A stretch of 64,000 bases of DNA from Eubacteriales bacterium (GTDB lineage: Bacteria; Bacillota; Clostridia; Oscillospirales; CAG-272), in contig JAZQUS010000102.1 of the NCBI GenBank assembly GCA_045631445.1, positions 23,916 to 87,915 on the forward strand, written 5' to 3'. The translations under genes and the position numbers were made by a program. A model generated the notes under the pieces. The model worked only from the letters and a program-made list of their open reading frames with translations. It was not told where the DNA came from and ran no database searches. Shown in pieces: positions 36,745 to 45,478 of this stretch. How positions within the stretch are numbered: the first letter of the stretch is position 1; every line of letters starts with the position of its first letter.

Positions 36745-38067
36745 TTAGTGAATTGTTATATCGTCGATGGAAACAACCATAATCTGATAGCTGCCGTTAT
36801 AAACGTCAACTATACCCTTAACGTCAATGGTTTTTCCTCTAAATGCATCAGCAGTTACAGCTGTTCCGTCTGCATATTTAAGAACAGTTGTTCTAACTTC
36901 GATTTTCTTTCCATCCACTTCGCAAGTAATTGTCATAGCACCGTCGCTATCACCACCGTTATGAGTAGTGTAAATGCTTTTAACAACAAGATTGCTCATA
37001 GAAATCGTAGTGTTAAGTGCAAGCTGTGCATATGAGAACTCTTTTTCGATTTGCTCATTTTCTTCATCGAAGATTGTGAGTGTTTTAGTGGAGAAGAAGG
37101 TTTCTGCAGTTGTGGGAACAAAAGCTGCGGAATGTCCAGTGCTGATCAAAGCAAGGTTATTAGGATTATCGGGCTCACGTCTTCTATAAGAAAGACCTGA
37201 AATCTGATAAATATCACCGGCTTCGTAATATTGAACTGTACCAACAATCTTAACCTTATTTCCAACCTTAATTATATTAAGACCGTATCCGTCAAGATTA
37301 TAGCCCTTGTAGCAGGTAACACCGTGATACATACCCGTTTCCTCGGAATATGCTTCAACATAAATGCTACCACCGTCATCCTTGGTTACGACGCCTTCAA
37401 ATGAAACCTTGCATCCCTCATATGCTTCGATATTACAAGCAAGCTCCAATACCGTAAGGGGAATAGGATCATCATAGAAGAAATCGGGGTCGGTTTTATC
37501 AGAATAAACGTAGAGCTTGAGATTTTTGGCCTGATCAATAGCCTTGCCGCAAATCTCACCGTAGGAGTTTTGTGTAGAGTTAGAAGCAATAGCAAGACCT
37601 TCCTGGAGGATTTCGATATTAAGGTTACGGTAATCCGTCATATCGGCGGTTTTATACCAAACCCAAACAAGGTATCTTTCTCCTGTGGAGTCTGCATTCC
37701 AAGTATTAGTGTCGCTTTCAATAATTATTGAAACGGCATTTTCGAGCTTGCTTCTTGTGAAACTTGAGGCAGCTTTGCCCCATTCTTCAATAGCACCCGT
37801 AGATTCGGGAGTGTTGATGGCAAGATATCTTGCCTTCAACACGCCGTTATCACTAATGCTATTAGGAACATAAAAGTGTGTTGTATCTCCATCAACGTAT
37901 TGCTTAACAGTAACCTCTTGTGTAAGTCTGCCGGAGTTAAGGTCGAGCTTAACCTGAGCAACAAAATCGGTTTTCTTAATTTCACCCGAATCCTTACAAG
38001 AAATGAGGGAAGTGATAGCAATGCATATCAAGAGAAACAAGCTTAATATTCTAAAAGCTTTATTCAT
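36745..38067 (-). CDS. Staphylococcal-nuclease (SNase/thermonuclease)-type lipoprotein with C-terminal OB-fold domains
   Basis: Lipobox LISC. SNase motifs VDGDTTHFYV, ARYLAINTPES, ERYLVWVWY and NLNIEILQEGLA. C-terminal OB-like segments (KVSFEGVVTKDDGGSIYVE..., IDVKGIVDVYNGSYQIMV). Confidence 0.8.
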   Translation of the reverse strand: MNKAFRILSLFLLICIAITSLISCKDSGEIKKTDFVAQVKLDLNSGRLTQEVTVKQYVDGDTTHFYVPNSISDNGVLKARYLAINTPESTGAIEEWGKAASSFTRSKLENAVSIIIESDTNTWNADSTGERYLVWVWYKTADMTDYRNLNIEILQEGLAIASNSTQNSYGEICGKAIDQAKNLKLYVYSDKTDPDFFYDDPIPLTVLELACNIEAYEGCKVSFEGVVTKDDGGSIYVEAYSEETGMYHGVTCYKGYNLDGYGLNIIKVGNKVKIVGTVQYYEAGDIYQISGLSYRRREPDNPNNLALISTGHSAAFVPTTAETFFSTKTLTIFDEENEQIEKEFSYAQLALNTTISMSNLVVKSIYTTHNGGDSDGAMTITCEVDGKKIEVRTTVLKYADGTAVTADAFRGKTIDVKGIVDVYNGSYQIMVVSIDDITIH

Positions 38068-38112
38068 AATACTTTTGAAACTTTATTTATTAAATAACTA
38101 ATTTTGATATAA

Positions 38113-39549
38113 TTATTCGCCAATAGCGCCCTTGCAGTCAGCAACTGCGTTACTAAACAATTTGTCAATCATTGCATCTCTATCAGCAGCAGGAGTTGTC
38201 TGCCAGTTAACCATAGCTGCCTGAAGAAGCTCACCAACTGCATCACGTGCGTCGGAAGAACCGTTGAATGCGGGAGATGTGTAGTAGTAATCTGCCTGTT
38301 CAAGACAAACCTTAGCGGAAAGAGCTGCAACAAACTCACCGCCGTCAGCACTTGCCAAGAAATCAGCATAAAGAGGATCGTCAGCTACGGACTTAAGAAC
38401 AGGAACGTAACCGGAAGCTTCACCGAATTCTGCCTGGAAGGATACGTTTGTTGTGAGGAACTTCATGAAGAGCCAAGTTGCTTCTACAACTGCGGGATCC
38501 TTATCATAGAACATGCAAAGAGAAGGACCCTGAGAGATAACCTTCTTGTTATCAGCATTTGCCTGAGGAATGGATGTGATACCTACTTCGAAGGGATATT
38601 CGCCATTAACCTTAGCAGGTCTCTGGTGAGTAGCACCTGCAGAAGAACCGATTGACATATATGATCTCTGCTTGGGTGTGCCATCTTCATTAACACCCTG
38701 TTCAACGAAAAGACCGGATGTGTATGAACCGTAAATTTCCTGAGTTGTTACGTAACCCTTTTCGTGCCAATCAGCAAATCTCTTAACGAATGCTTTGTTT
38801 ACATCATTATTAAAGAGGAAGTGGTTACCGTCCTGAGCGGATGTGTAAGGACTACCGAGCTGCTCGCACATGGTGATGAACCAGTTAGATTCTGAGTCAT
38901 AACCGAGAGGAATGCAACCAGGATCGATTTCAAGAATCTTTGCGCAAAGAGCTTCCATTTCATCCCAAGTTGTGGGAGGAGTAAGGTCGTGCTCTTCAAA
39001 GAATGTCTTGTTGTAGTAAAGAACCTCTGTTGATTTGGACATAGGAAGTGTGTACATAAGACCGTCACCGAACTGTCTTCCTTCTTCATAGTAAGCAGGA
39101 ATAAAGTCAGCAATCTGTTCAGCAGTAAGACCAAGAATTTCGGTTGTACCATCAGCTCTTGTTATTTCCTTTGTGCTGCTAATGTAATCGTCAAGTGTAA
39201 CTACTGCACCTGCAAGGTTGTACATTGCAACGTGGTCAGGGTAGCAGTAAGCAATGTTGGGCTGATTGCCAACAGTAAGCTGAGTTTTGATCTTGTCACG
39301 AACGTCGTCGTAACCACCCTCTTGAGAGTGAGTGATCTTGATGTGGGGATAAAGAGCTTCGAATTCTTTAACATACTCGTCAAGAACTGCACGAAGGTTA
39401 GCACCCATTGTGTGATAGAAAACTACTTCGATTCTGCCGTCGTCAGGTTTCTTGTCATTACATGCTGTAAGAGCAAGCACGCTAAGAATCATAACTAAAA
39501 CGAGGGCAAGTGAGAGAAATTTTTTCATTGGTTTTGTCCGTCCTTTCAT
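38113..39549 (-). CDS. ABC transporter substrate-binding lipoprotein (CUT1 / solute-binding family 1)
   Basis: Signal peptide with lipobox LALTAC. ~450-aa mature protein with the SBP_bac_1-like pattern (VVFYHTMG...). An alternative start is the ATG at 39528. Confidence 0.75.
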   Translation of the reverse strand: MKGRTKPMKKFLSLALVLVMILSVLALTACNDKKPDDGRIEVVFYHTMGANLRAVLDEYVKEFEALYPHIKITHSQEGGYDDVRDKIKTQLTVGNQPNIAYCYPDHVAMYNLAGAVVTLDDYISSTKEITRADGTTEILGLTAEQIADFIPAYYEEGRQFGDGLMYTLPMSKSTEVLYYNKTFFEEHDLTPPTTWDEMEALCAKILEIDPGCIPLGYDSESNWFITMCEQLGSPYTSAQDGNHFLFNNDVNKAFVKRFADWHEKGYVTTQEIYGSYTSGLFVEQGVNEDGTPKQRSYMSIGSSAGATHQRPAKVNGEYPFEVGITSIPQANADNKKVISQGPSLCMFYDKDPAVVEATWLFMKFLTTNVSFQAEFGEASGYVPVLKSVADDPLYADFLASADGGEFVAALSAKVCLEQADYYYTSPAFNGSSDARDAVGELLQAAMVNWQTTPAADRDAMIDKLFSNAVADCKGAIGE

Positions 39550-39597
39550 TAATGAAAAATTTTATTTATTATTGCCTTTCGGCTAATAACCATTAGA

Positions 39598-40539
39598 TTA
39601 TCCTTTGATACCACTTCGTGATACACCCTTCATGATATATTTTCTAAAGAAAAGGAATACCATAAAGAGAGGAATAGATACCATTGCAACGGCAGCCATC
39701 TGTACGGGATAGTTAACCATATCTACAGCACCATCAACAGAGTAATCACCGCCACGAATACCGTTTGTTACCAAAAGGAAATTGTCGTCTTCGATAACGA
39801 GGTTGGGCCATACGTATGTGTTCCAAGCACCCATCATTTTAAGAATTGTGATGGAAATGATTGTTGGAAGAGCAAGGGGAATCATAACCTTCCAAAGATA
39901 CTTAATATCACTTACGCCGTCAACCTTAGCAGCAAGATATAATTCATTTGGAATTTGCAAGAAGTTCTGCCTTAAAAGATAAATATAGAACGTACTTACA
40001 AGGAAAGGCACAATAAGAATTGTGAATCCCCATTTATCAGTATTGCCCCAACCAAACTTAAATACAGTTTGATAGTTGGTAATCGTAAATAATTCACCGG
40101 GAATCATCATAGTTGCCAAAAGTCCCGCAAACAAAGTATCTTTACCCTTGAATTCAAGTCGCGCAAAAGCAAAAGCGGAAAGAATTGTAATAACAAGGGA
40201 GAGAAGAGTAGAAACGATACCTACGTAAACGGTATTCAAAAATACTCTTTCAAGGTTAGCGGCCTCTAAAGCCAACGCATAGTTTTTCCATTTGATGACC
40301 TCAGGCCATAATGTAGGAGTCACCCTGGTATATTCTTCATAGCTTTTAACAGAAGAAATAAGCATCCAGTAGAATGGGAAAAGGATGATTACAGCCATTA
40401 CAATAAGGAAAGCATACACGGCAACATAGCCGAGAACCTTCATTACCTTAGCGGTTCTGTTAACCTCTTTCATATTCTTTTCCTTCATAACGCGAAGGGA
40501 AGAGGTATTAGAAGGAGAAGTTATATTATTATTATTCAT
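39598..40539 (-). CDS. CUT1 ABC transporter permease (MalG/UgpE-like)
   Basis: 6 TM. EAA-loop region LYLAAKVDGVSDIKYLWKVMIPLALP. Confidence 0.8.
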   Translation of the reverse strand: MNNNNITSPSNTSSLRVMKEKNMKEVNRTAKVMKVLGYVAVYAFLIVMAVIILFPFYWMLISSVKSYEEYTRVTPTLWPEVIKWKNYALALEAANLERVFLNTVYVGIVSTLLSLVITILSAFAFARLEFKGKDTLFAGLLATMMIPGELFTITNYQTVFKFGWGNTDKWGFTILIVPFLVSTFYIYLLRQNFLQIPNELYLAAKVDGVSDIKYLWKVMIPLALPTIISITILKMMGAWNTYVWPNLVIEDDNFLLVTNGIRGGDYSVDGAVDMVNYPVQMAAVAMVSIPLFMVFLFFRKYIMKGVSRSGIKG

Positions 40540-40555
40540 TCTTTTGCCCTCCTAA

Positions 40556-41503
40556 TTAATAATAAGTAGTCTTTTTACTAATAGCGAGATTAATCATCGT
40601 TACAATAAAGATGATTACAAACAGGATAAGCGCCGCAGCGGAAGCTCTACCTGTATCACCACGCTCAATTGAGTCATAAATTAGACCAACTATAGTATTA
40701 AGACGACCCTTGGCGCCGGCAGGACCCATTCCATCGTCAAAAATACCAACAACGCTGGTATATTCTTTAAATCCGCCAATGAAACCTGTGATAACAACAT
40801 AAGTAATCATAGGAGAAAGAAGCGGTACCGTAATTCTTGTGAATGTACGAACCTTACCTGTACCGTCTACCTTAGCAGCGTCATAATATTGCTTGTTAAC
40901 ACTTTGAAGTGCGCCAAGAAGAACGAGTATCTTAAAGGGAAGAGCGTTCCAAACAATATAAACTATCATAACGAACATATTAGACTCATATGTGGATCCG
41001 GCATTAATCCAGTTGTGCCAATCGAAACCAAGAGCCATTAATACGTTGTTAATTATACCATAGTTTTGAGGAATCGCATTTGATGCACTAAGGTTACCAA
41101 CAACGTTAAACATTGCCGCAAATACCATACCAATAGCAATGGAGTTGGTAACGTAAGGAAGGAAATAGATTGTTTGTAAAAATCTCTGGAATGGCTTTAT
41201 TGCATTTAAGCATACAGAAATAAGCAATGCAATAAAGGTAGAGAGAATAACTGTGGGAACACATAAAAGAATCGTATTCTTAAGTGCAGTAATAAACTTA
41301 TCACCTTGAAGCACGGTTTTAAAATTCTTGAAACCCCACTCAAAGCCCCATCTGCCAAGTCTAATTGCAGACAAGGTATTGTAGTCCTCCTGGAAAGCCA
41401 TAATTACTGTATTTACTATAGGATACACAGTAAATACAAGAAGTAAAACGAGCGCAGGAGCAAGATAGAGCCACGCTTTCCATTGTTGTTTGCTATCTAC
41501 CAT
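40556..41503 (-). CDS. CUT1 ABC transporter permease (MalF/UgpA-like)
   Basis: 6 TM. EAA-loop region YYDAAKVDGTGKVRTFTRITVPLLSP. Confidence 0.8.
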   Translation of the reverse strand: MVDSKQQWKAWLYLAPALVLLLVFTVYPIVNTVIMAFQEDYNTLSAIRLGRWGFEWGFKNFKTVLQGDKFITALKNTILLCVPTVILSTFIALLISVCLNAIKPFQRFLQTIYFLPYVTNSIAIGMVFAAMFNVVGNLSASNAIPQNYGIINNVLMALGFDWHNWINAGSTYESNMFVMIVYIVWNALPFKILVLLGALQSVNKQYYDAAKVDGTGKVRTFTRITVPLLSPMITYVVITGFIGGFKEYTSVVGIFDDGMGPAGAKGRLNTIVGLIYDSIERGDTGRASAAALILFVIIFIVTMINLAISKKTTYY

Positions 41504-41515
41504 AATTAACTCTCC

Positions 41516-42613
41516 TTAAAAATAGATTCTCTCTTCGGTATCCTTATTGAAAATAAATACCTTATGAGGCTTGAGAGAGAAAGCTACGGTCTTAGCTGTT
41601 GTATCGATGCTAGCATCAGAGTTGATGATGGATCTTACAACGGGATTGTGAGAATTAGGATGTCTTGAAACAACACTAACGTCACGTCCCATAACTTCAA
41701 TATTAGAGATATTTGTAACGAATGCTCCGTTAGGATCAAGATTAAATCCTTCGGGACGAACACCAACGATTACGCGTTGATTTGCAACACCCGGAACGTC
41801 AAGAACTGCTCCGTCTCCAATAAGAAGCTTGCCATCCTTAACCTCACCGTCAAATACGTTAATCGGAGGAGTACCAAGGAACTTCGCAACGAAGAGATTA
41901 GCAGGATTATCATATACATCCTGGGGCTTACCAACCTGCTGAACAACACCGAGCTTCATAACAACAATGAAGTCTGAGATGCTCATTGCTTCTTCCTGGT
42001 CGTGAGTTACGAAAATTGTTGTGATGCCTGTTTCCATCTGAATTCTCTTAATTTCTTCACGAGTCTGAAGTCTAAGACGTGCGTCAAGGTTGGAAAGAGG
42101 TTCATCAAGAAGGAGAACGCGAGGCATTTTAACAAGAGCACGTGCAATAGCAACACGCTGCTGCTGACCACCTGAAAGCTCACTGGGCTTTCTGTCCATA
42201 AGCTCGTCAATCTGAACGAGCTTTGCGGCCTCAAAAGCTCTTTCAAGCATTTCGTCTTTATTGAGCTTATCAGCTCCCTTGAGATTCTGCAAGGGGAACA
42301 AAATGTTTTGCTTTACTGTCATATGAGGGTAAAGCGCATAGTTCTGGAATACCAAACCTACGCCACGTTTTTCGGTCGGAAGCTCGGTAACGTCTTCATC
42401 ACCGAAGAAAATCTGACCGGAAGAAGGTTTTTGCAAACCACTAATCATGTAGAGGGTAGTACTTTTACCGCATCCTGAAGGACCAAGCAAGCCAATAAGC
42501 TTACCGTCAGGAATTTCGATATTAAAGTTATTCACCGCTACAACATCCTCGCCAACCTTTTTCTTGTCACGGTTGGGAAAGACTTTTGTTAAATTCTGCA
42601 AAACAACTTTCAT
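41516..42613 (-). CDS. CUT1 ABC transporter ATP-binding protein (MalK/UgpC/MsmX-like)
   Basis: Walker A GPSGCGKST, signature LSGGQQQRVAIARA, Walker B LLLDEPLSNLD, and a C-terminal TOBE-like regulatory domain. Confidence 0.9.
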   Translation of the reverse strand: MKVVLQNLTKVFPNRDKKKVGEDVVAVNNFNIEIPDGKLIGLLGPSGCGKSTTLYMISGLQKPSSGQIFFGDEDVTELPTEKRGVGLVFQNYALYPHMTVKQNILFPLQNLKGADKLNKDEMLERAFEAAKLVQIDELMDRKPSELSGGQQQRVAIARALVKMPRVLLLDEPLSNLDARLRLQTREEIKRIQMETGITTIFVTHDQEEAMSISDFIVVMKLGVVQQVGKPQDVYDNPANLFVAKFLGTPPINVFDGEVKDGKLLIGDGAVLDVPGVANQRVIVGVRPEGFNLDPNGAFVTNISNIEVMGRDVSVVSRHPNSHNPVVRSIINSDASIDTTAKTVAFSLKPHKVFIFNKDTEERIYF

Positions 42614-42660
42614 AATATCTCCATTTCTTTATATAAAAAATTTTTTGAGAACAAGTGTGA

Positions 42661-43464
42661 TTAAAAATATTTTGCATTCTTAACCTCTTCGTTATGAATG
42701 CTAAGTCTGTATTCGTTTTTAGCTTCAACTGAATCAAAGATCATCTGACTTTGAAAATCCACTAAAACTGTAGATGATAAAACATCGTGTATCATAGAAT
42801 TGGTTTTAGTTGCTATCAAGAGAATAATTTCGAATATAAGTATTAAAGGAATCACCAAAAGCATAAGCCCGCCGCCTACACCGTAAAATATCATAAGAAT
42901 AATAACAACGGGAATCATCGTTTCAACGGTATACTTACCTAAAATTGAACGAACAAACATTATAAGCGGAGTCACCCTAACACCATCAATTCTCATAACA
43001 GCAAGTGAAAATATCTTCTTTCCAATAGTCTGTCCATTTTTGAAAATTGCAGGAACAATTAATTCAAGTATCACGAATGCCAAAAGGAAGCTAAGAGAAA
43101 ACATCAAGAGAGTTAAATTCATTATTATCAAATACGTCTCAGAAATCTCGGAGTCAGTATTTACTGCCTTCAAACACTCCTCCATCGTTTTAACAACCTC
43201 TTGGGGAAGAGCACTCTTTTCTTCATCGGTCATCACAGAAAATGAATCCAAACTCACGTTATGTTCTTTAACTATATTAGGGATACCATAGCTTTCTTCA
43301 ATTTGAGCAATTTTGTCAGACATCGCGTTAGAATACGAATCGTAATTCGTAACGGAAGAGATAATCCACATAAATCCGGTAACGAGAATTATCAATAAAA
43401 TCAAGTCAAGCAAAAAAGCCATAAATCTTTTTAATAAGCTTGCTTTTTGCAAATCATAAATCAT
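42661..43464 (-). CDS. RDD-family membrane protein
   Basis: KRFMAFLLDLILLIILV and NGQTIGKKIFSLAVMRIDG match RDD-domain hallmarks. Confidence 0.65.
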   Translation of the reverse strand: MIYDLQKASLLKRFMAFLLDLILLIILVTGFMWIISSVTNYDSYSNAMSDKIAQIEESYGIPNIVKEHNVSLDSFSVMTDEEKSALPQEVVKTMEECLKAVNTDSEISETYLIIMNLTLLMFSLSFLLAFVILELIVPAIFKNGQTIGKKIFSLAVMRIDGVRVTPLIMFVRSILGKYTVETMIPVVIILMIFYGVGGGLMLLVIPLILIFEIILLIATKTNSMIHDVLSSTVLVDFQSQMIFDSVEAKNEYRLSIHNEEVKNAKYF

Positions 43465-43719
43465 CTAATGAAACCTTCCATATTAATATTATTAGAAAGG
43501 GTATGTAAACGAAAATTGACATAGTTATAAATCATAAAATTACCCTACATACATAATAGCACAAACTTCTGCAAAAAACAACCCTTTTTTTTATTAATTT
43601 ATTAGAAAAAATTACTTTTCGTCACTTTGCCAAAAAAGTCACCACAAAAACGCGTTAAAAAGTCATTTCAAACAAATCAAGCACGAGCAAAATACCCAAA
43701 TAATCATATTTTTAGCCAT

Positions 43720-43759
43720 TTTTTATAAAAAACGCAACAGAATTGACTTCTGTTGCGTT
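43720..43759 (-). terminator. Intrinsic terminator after the CNNM/CorC gene
   Basis: AACGCAACAGAA (43731-43742) pairs with TTCTGTTGCGTT (43748-43759). A T-run follows on the minus strand. Confidence 0.85.
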
Positions 43760-43768
43760 TGTGCAATT

Positions 43769-45106
43769 TTACTCAATAGTGTCTTCCTCTTCAGAAGGAA
43801 TTTCTTCGGGTTTAACGTAAACCTCAATTTCGTGCGACATTATATCATCCGCTTTTGTAACAATAATGGAAAGCTTGTCATAATCGAATGTGAAACCAAC
43901 CTCAGGAATTGACTCAGCACGTTCATTAACCCAACCGTTAACAGTTGTCGAATCACTTTCTTCATCGCTGTCAATTTCAAAGAATGTAAAGAATTCATCA
44001 AGAGAAACTGTTGAGAGGACTCTATACTTGTCATCACCGATTGATTTTATCGGTTCAATGGCTTCGTCAAGCTCATCCCAAATTTCTCCAACCAGCTCTT
44101 CAATAATATCTTCCATACTAACAACACCAGAGGTTACGCCATATTCGTTAACAACTATAGCAATATGATTGTGAGTATCCTGCATTTCCTTGAGAAGAGC
44201 ATCAAGGTGCATCGTTTCAGGCACATATTTAGGAGGGAACATAGCATTCTCAAGCTTGTATTTAGGATTGGTGTGATTAAGCAAATATTCTCGCGCATAA
44301 AGTACACCAATAATTTTGTCAAGCGTTTCCTCATAAACAGGAATACGAGAATAACCCTCTTCTTTAATAATTTTAATAAGTTGCTTTTCAGTAATATCAC
44401 TTGGAATAGCAACGATGGATGATCTTTGGGTCATAACATCCGCAGCGGTAAGATTGTCAAGCTTAAATACGTTTTTGATATATTCAACGTCGTCCTCGTC
44501 AAGACCACCTTCATCGGCTCCTGCATCAAGCATAGTAACGATGTCCTCTTCAGAAACGGTTTCTTCCTTTTCGTTAGGGTCAATTCCAAACAATCTAAGT
44601 ATACCGTTTGTGGAAATAGTAAGGAACCAAATAACAGGTTTAAGAATTGTTGTAAGAACCGAAACAACACCGCAGAATGATTTAGCAACCTTTTCCTTGT
44701 GCTTCATAGCGATTCTCTTGGGTACAAGTTCGCCGAGCACAAGAGTGAAATAAGAGAGAATAAGGGTTACCAAAATAACGGATATGGTTTGAACCGCCTC
44801 CGCCTTTGCTCCGGTAAGAGCAAAGCGATGCTGAAGCATAATAGCAAGCATATCGCCGAAGCTGTCAGCAGCAAAAGCTGAACCCAAAAATCCTGCAAGA
44901 GTTATACCAACCTGAATGGTTGATAAAAACTTAGTGGGATCATCAAGAATTTTAAGTATTTTGGTTGCTTTTTTGTCACCGTCATCAGCAAGTGCTTTCA
45001 TTTTTTGACTATTTAATGAAATAACAGCAATTTCAGTAGCAGCAAAAAAAGCATTAAGTGCGATAAGTAAAAATTGTAATAATAGTTGTCTAAATATAGT
45101 AGACAT
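43769..45106 (-). CDS. CNNM/CorC-type hemolysin-family protein (DUF21 TM domain, CBS pair, CorC_HlyC)
   Basis: 445 aa. N-terminal 4 TM (LIALNAFFAATEIAVISLN), a CBS pair region and a C-terminal CorC_HlyC-like domain. Confidence 0.85.
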   Translation of the reverse strand: MSTIFRQLLLQFLLIALNAFFAATEIAVISLNSQKMKALADDGDKKATKILKILDDPTKFLSTIQVGITLAGFLGSAFAADSFGDMLAIMLQHRFALTGAKAEAVQTISVILVTLILSYFTLVLGELVPKRIAMKHKEKVAKSFCGVVSVLTTILKPVIWFLTISTNGILRLFGIDPNEKEETVSEEDIVTMLDAGADEGGLDEDDVEYIKNVFKLDNLTAADVMTQRSSIVAIPSDITEKQLIKIIKEEGYSRIPVYEETLDKIIGVLYAREYLLNHTNPKYKLENAMFPPKYVPETMHLDALLKEMQDTHNHIAIVVNEYGVTSGVVSMEDIIEELVGEIWDELDEAIEPIKSIGDDKYRVLSTVSLDEFFTFFEIDSDEESDSTTVNGWVNERAESIPEVGFTFDYDKLSIIVTKADDIMSHEIEVYVKPEEIPSEEEDTIE

Positions 45107-45357
45107 AAATCCTCCAAATAAAATAAATTTTGTTCATTAAAGTAAAAAATAAAAATTCAACCAACTCACGAAATAATCGGTGAGTGGATTTTTTTGCCCA
45201 AGAACGAGCAATTACACCTGAACAAAATTAAATTAATGGAATGCTTGTCGTTAAATAACCGAGTCACAGGGCAACTTCGGGGTAATGGGTCCACAGTAGT
45301 AAACTCCTTTCATAGATATACAGCGTGTATTATAGCACACATTTCGTCGAATTTCAA
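45107..45357 (-). promoter_or_regulatory. Promoter plus ~215-nt 5' leader with intrinsic terminator (riboswitch/attenuator-like) upstream of the CNNM/CorC gene
   Basis: On the minus strand: TTGAAA (reverse complement of 45352-45357), N17, TGcTATAAT (reverse complement of 45329-45337). Leader of ~128 nt, then hairpin CCACUCACCGAUUAUUUCGUGAGUUGG (45161-45187) followed by UUGAAUUUUUAUUUUUU, then RBS GGAGG and the ATG at 45106. Confidence 0.6.
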
Positions 45358-45418
45358 TAGGTTTTTCACATATTTTTAGTATTTTATAAAAAAAGAAATA
45401 TAAATAATCAAATATTAG

Positions 45419-45447
45419 TTGACTAAATAATCGATTTATGATAAAAT
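45419..45447 (+). promoter_or_regulatory. sigma-A-type promoter candidate (TTGACT-N17-TAAAAT)
   Basis: TTGACT at 45419-45424 and TAAAAT at 45442-45447, ~30 nt upstream of the ATG at 45479. Confidence 0.5.
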
Positions 45448-45478
45448 TAATTAATTATTTTTTGAAAGGAAGTTCATT

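Noticed and set aside
45161-45200. Reading the hairpin plus T-run as a plus-strand terminator.
   Set aside because: No plus-strand gene is transcribed toward it. The minus-strand reading places it between a strong promoter and the CNNM start codon.
45107-45357. Assigning the CNNM leader to the M-box (Mg2+) or yybP-ykoY (Mn2+) riboswitch class.
   Set aside because: I could not find the conserved cores I remember for those classes (for example a GUUAGGUG-type M-box 5' block, or a GGGGAGUAG / UUGACAUA yybP-type block). The class is left unassigned pending a covariance-model search.
45194-45379. 61-aa plus-strand ORF in the CNNM/cyuA intergenic region.
   Set aside because: It starts at a non-ATG codon without an RBS. 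It overlaps the minus-strand promoter, leader and terminator, which explain the region better.
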